DNA of 64,000 nucleotides, taken from assembly GCA_963813815.1 (NCBI GenBank), contig CAWFAD010000012.1:160001-224000 (forward strand), in the 5' to 3' direction. Positions 61,938 through 64,000 of this stretch are shown one piece after another (position 1 is the stretch's first letter; each line of letters opens with the position of its first letter). This stretch comes from an uncultured bacterium (lineage in GTDB: Bacteria; Krumholzibacteriota; Krumholzibacteriia; Krumholzibacteriales; Krumholzibacteriaceae). Below the pieces are notes generated by a model, which searched no databases, was not told where the DNA came from, and worked only from the letters and a program-made list of their open reading frames with translations. The position numbers and the translations under genes are program-made.

Positions 61938-62291
61938 TCAGTTCCTGTCGAGGCGCGGTTTCGAACCGATCCTTTCCAGGCTGCTATCCGCGCAATCGAT
62001 GATGGTCGTCAGCGTAGAACCCGGATTCGCGATTCCGTCCCCGGTTATTCTGCCGTTGCCGAAATCATCAGCATCGCCGCCGAGGATGCAATCCGATCCA
62101 TCGTCCGACACCGGAATCTCGCCCTCGGTCATGAAGAAAAACGATCCGCAGAAGGGGAACGCGGTCGTCCGGATGAGGGCGGCGATCGACTGGATACGGA
62201 GCTCGAACGATGAACGTGCGGCAGAGACATCCGAGGAGGCGAAGATGGTGAGAACCAGTAGCGCAGAGAGGAGTGCCATGAGCCGTCTCAT
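61938..62291 (-). CDS. Small secreted protein / candidate signalling pro-peptide (117 aa)
   Basis: GAAGGAG SD; signal MRRLMALLSALLVLTIFASSDVSA; acidic Gly-rich core GGDADDFGNG; 3 Cys. Confidence 0.7.
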   Translation of the reverse strand: MRRLMALLSALLVLTIFASSDVSAARSSFELRIQSIAALIRTTAFPFCGSFFFMTEGEIPVSDDGSDCILGGDADDFGNGRITGDGIANPGSTLTTIIDCADSSLERIGSKPRLDRN

Positions 62292-62361
62292 ACTACCATC
62301 TCCTTCTAACCTGGAGCCTTGCGGCCCCCCCCCACACACTCAACCCAAACCTTCACTATCA

Positions 62362-62390
62362 ATAATAATATCCCTCGCTCCCCCCGTCAA
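62362..62390 (-). promoter_or_regulatory. Sigma70 promoter for peptide-TPR activator unit
   Basis: TTGACG-17 nt-TATTAT with AT-rich upstream DNA. Confidence 0.65.
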
Positions 62391-62412
62391 ATAATTCTTT
62401 TGAAACTACAAT

Positions 62413-62436
62413 AGAAAATCGGCATTTAGCCGATTT
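62413..62436 (-). terminator. Probable terminator of the response regulator gene (or operator palindrome)
   Basis: aaatcggc-attta-gccgattt inverted repeat with short U run. Confidence 0.45.
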
Positions 62437-62483
62437 ATCGGAAATTTTATTCTATAGGTTCTTCCACCCATCGCGGGGCGGCG

Positions 62484-63875
62484 TTACGGGGAATCTATCG
62501 AATCGCCGCCTCCCGCTTCCTTGCGGAACTCGATCCCGTACTTTTCGAGCTTTTTGTAGAGGTTGCTCCGCTGCATGTCGAGCTGCCGGGCCGTTCGCGA
62601 GACGTTGCCGTTGTTCTCCCGGAGCTTCTTGAGGAGGTATTCCTTTTCCATGAAATCCTTGAACTCCTGATAGGTCTGGAGTCCGAAGGGATCCTTGCGC
62701 GCGTCCTCCTCGCGAGTGAGGGCGAGCGCGGGAAGATCGTCGCGCCGGATCGTCTCGCCGCTCGTGAGGATGCAGAGGCGCTCGATGAGGTTGCGCAGCT
62801 CGCGCACGTTACCCGGCCACGCGTAGGTCATGAGCGCGTCGAGGGCGTCCGGGGCGAGCTTTTTCGCCGAGCGGCCGAGCTCTCCCGCGACCTGCCGCAG
62901 AAAGTACTCGGCGAGCATTTTGATATCGGATTTGCGCTCGCGAAGCGGCGGAATGCGGATGGGGACGACGTTCAGCCGGTAGAACAAATCTTCCCGGAAC
63001 CTTCCCTTCCCCGCCTCCTCGAGCAGGCTCTTGTTCGACGCGGCGAGCACCCGCACGTCGACCCTTTTCGTCTCCGCCGCGCCCACCCGCTCGAAGGCCG
63101 ACTCCTGGAGAACGCGCAGCACCTTCGCCTGCGCCGAAAGGCTCATGTCCCCCACCTCGTCGAGAAAGAGCGTGCCCCCGTCGGCGAGCTCGAACTTGCC
63201 GATCCGCTGGGAAACGGCCCCCGTGAAAGACCCCTTCTCGTGGCCGAAAAGCTCGCTTTCTATGAGGTCTTCGGGGATCGCGGCGCAGTTCACCTCGATG
63301 AAGGGCTCGTCCACCCTCTTGGAGAGCTCGTGCAGCTTGCGGGCGACGAGCTCCTTGCCCGTGCCGTTCTCTCCCGTGATGAGCACGCGGGCGTTCGTCG
63401 GCGCCACCCGGCTCACCGTCTCCATGATGGCGAGCATTTCGCGATGCACTCCGATGATCTCGGTCTTGAGTCCGACGCGCTGCTCGAGCTGGACGTTCCG
63501 GCGGGCGAGATCCGCTTGCGCGAGTCCATTTCGTATGGTGAGGAGCAGGCGCTCCATGTCGATCGGCTTTTCGAGAAAATCGAACGCCCCGAGCTTCGTC
63601 GCCTCGACCGCCGTGCCGATCGTGCCGTGTCCCGAGATGATGATGACGGGGAGGGAAGGGTGCCGCTCCCTGAGGGATCCGAGCACCTCGAGGCCGTCCA
63701 TGCCCGGCATCTTTATATCGAGGAGAACGATATCGACCCGCTCGCTCGCCGCGAGATCGAGGGCGGCGCGGCCGTCGGCGGCGGAGAAGGTCTTGAATTT
63801 CTCGAACGAGAGAAGCCTCTCGAGCGAGCTTCTGATGCTTTCTTCGTCGTCGACGATGAGAACGCGTTTGCTCAT
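62484..63875 (-). CDS. NtrC/NtrX-family sigma54-dependent response regulator
   Basis: LIVDDE, LLDIKMP, ISGHG, FLEKP; GENGTGKE, GSFTGA, FREDLFYRLNV; C-terminal HTH. Confidence 0.93.
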   Translation of the reverse strand: MSKRVLIVDDEESIRSSLERLLSFEKFKTFSAADGRAALDLAASERVDIVLLDIKMPGMDGLEVLGSLRERHPSLPVIIISGHGTIGTAVEATKLGAFDFLEKPIDMERLLLTIRNGLAQADLARRNVQLEQRVGLKTEIIGVHREMLAIMETVSRVAPTNARVLITGENGTGKELVARKLHELSKRVDEPFIEVNCAAIPEDLIESELFGHEKGSFTGAVSQRIGKFELADGGTLFLDEVGDMSLSAQAKVLRVLQESAFERVGAAETKRVDVRVLAASNKSLLEEAGKGRFREDLFYRLNVVPIRIPPLRERKSDIKMLAEYFLRQVAGELGRSAKKLAPDALDALMTYAWPGNVRELRNLIERLCILTSGETIRRDDLPALALTREEDARKDPFGLQTYQEFKDFMEKEYLLKKLRENNGNVSRTARQLDMQRSNLYKKLEKYGIEFRKEAGGGDSIDSP

Positions 63876-64000
63876 CCGCCAGCGCCCCCTCCCGAGAGCA
63901 CCATGCCCCAGCGCAGATCCCGTTTGGTCACGCCGAACTCGCGCGCGCCGAGCGCGCGGAGCAACGATTCCGCGAGCATGACCCCCGCGGGGAGAAGCCG
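63872..64000 (-). CDS. 3' end of probable Ppx/GppA-family phosphatase (partial)
   Basis: RLLPAGVMLAESLLRALGAREFGVTKRDLRWGMVL resembles the end of the Ppx catalytic domain; stop overlaps the next ATG. Confidence 0.55.
   Translation of the reverse strand, partial: RLLPAGVMLAESLLRALGAREFGVTKRDLRWGMVLSGGGAGG

Overview
High-GC bacterial chromosome segment with almost all genes on the minus strand (only lpxH is on plus). The gene content (PorV-like barrels, proteins with xPNPF/FlgD-Ig C-terminal sorting domains, a region-1.1-less RpoD-type sigma) suggests an FCB-related candidate phylum such as Krumholzibacteriota/Latescibacterota/Eisenbacteria; this is inference. Contents from left to right: (1) a >3650-aa secreted Ig-repeat adhesin-like protein with a 303-bp tandem array and a consensus sigma54 promoter; (2) an envelope CBM48/beta-barrel cluster; (3) ppdK with six indels; (4) an S8 protease and a cluster of large surface (lipo)proteins, one behind a structured 5' leader; (5) a housekeeping block (glyQS, recO, ybeY, phoH, aspS, hisS, amidase, M23, sigma factor, lpxH); (6) porV next to an M6 protease lacking HEXXH; (7) the best candidate for an undescribed system, at 56974-62440. 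That locus reads: small secreted peptide gene, TPR-sigma54 enhancer-binding protein, inverted-repeat enhancer candidate, sigma54-type promoter, two tandem structured ncRNA candidates, second sigma54 promoter, lipoprotein. It resembles an RRNPP-type peptide sensor wired to a LuxO/Qrr-type sRNA output. Several frameshifts look like sequencing or polishing errors. All family assignments come from motif recognition, not database searches.
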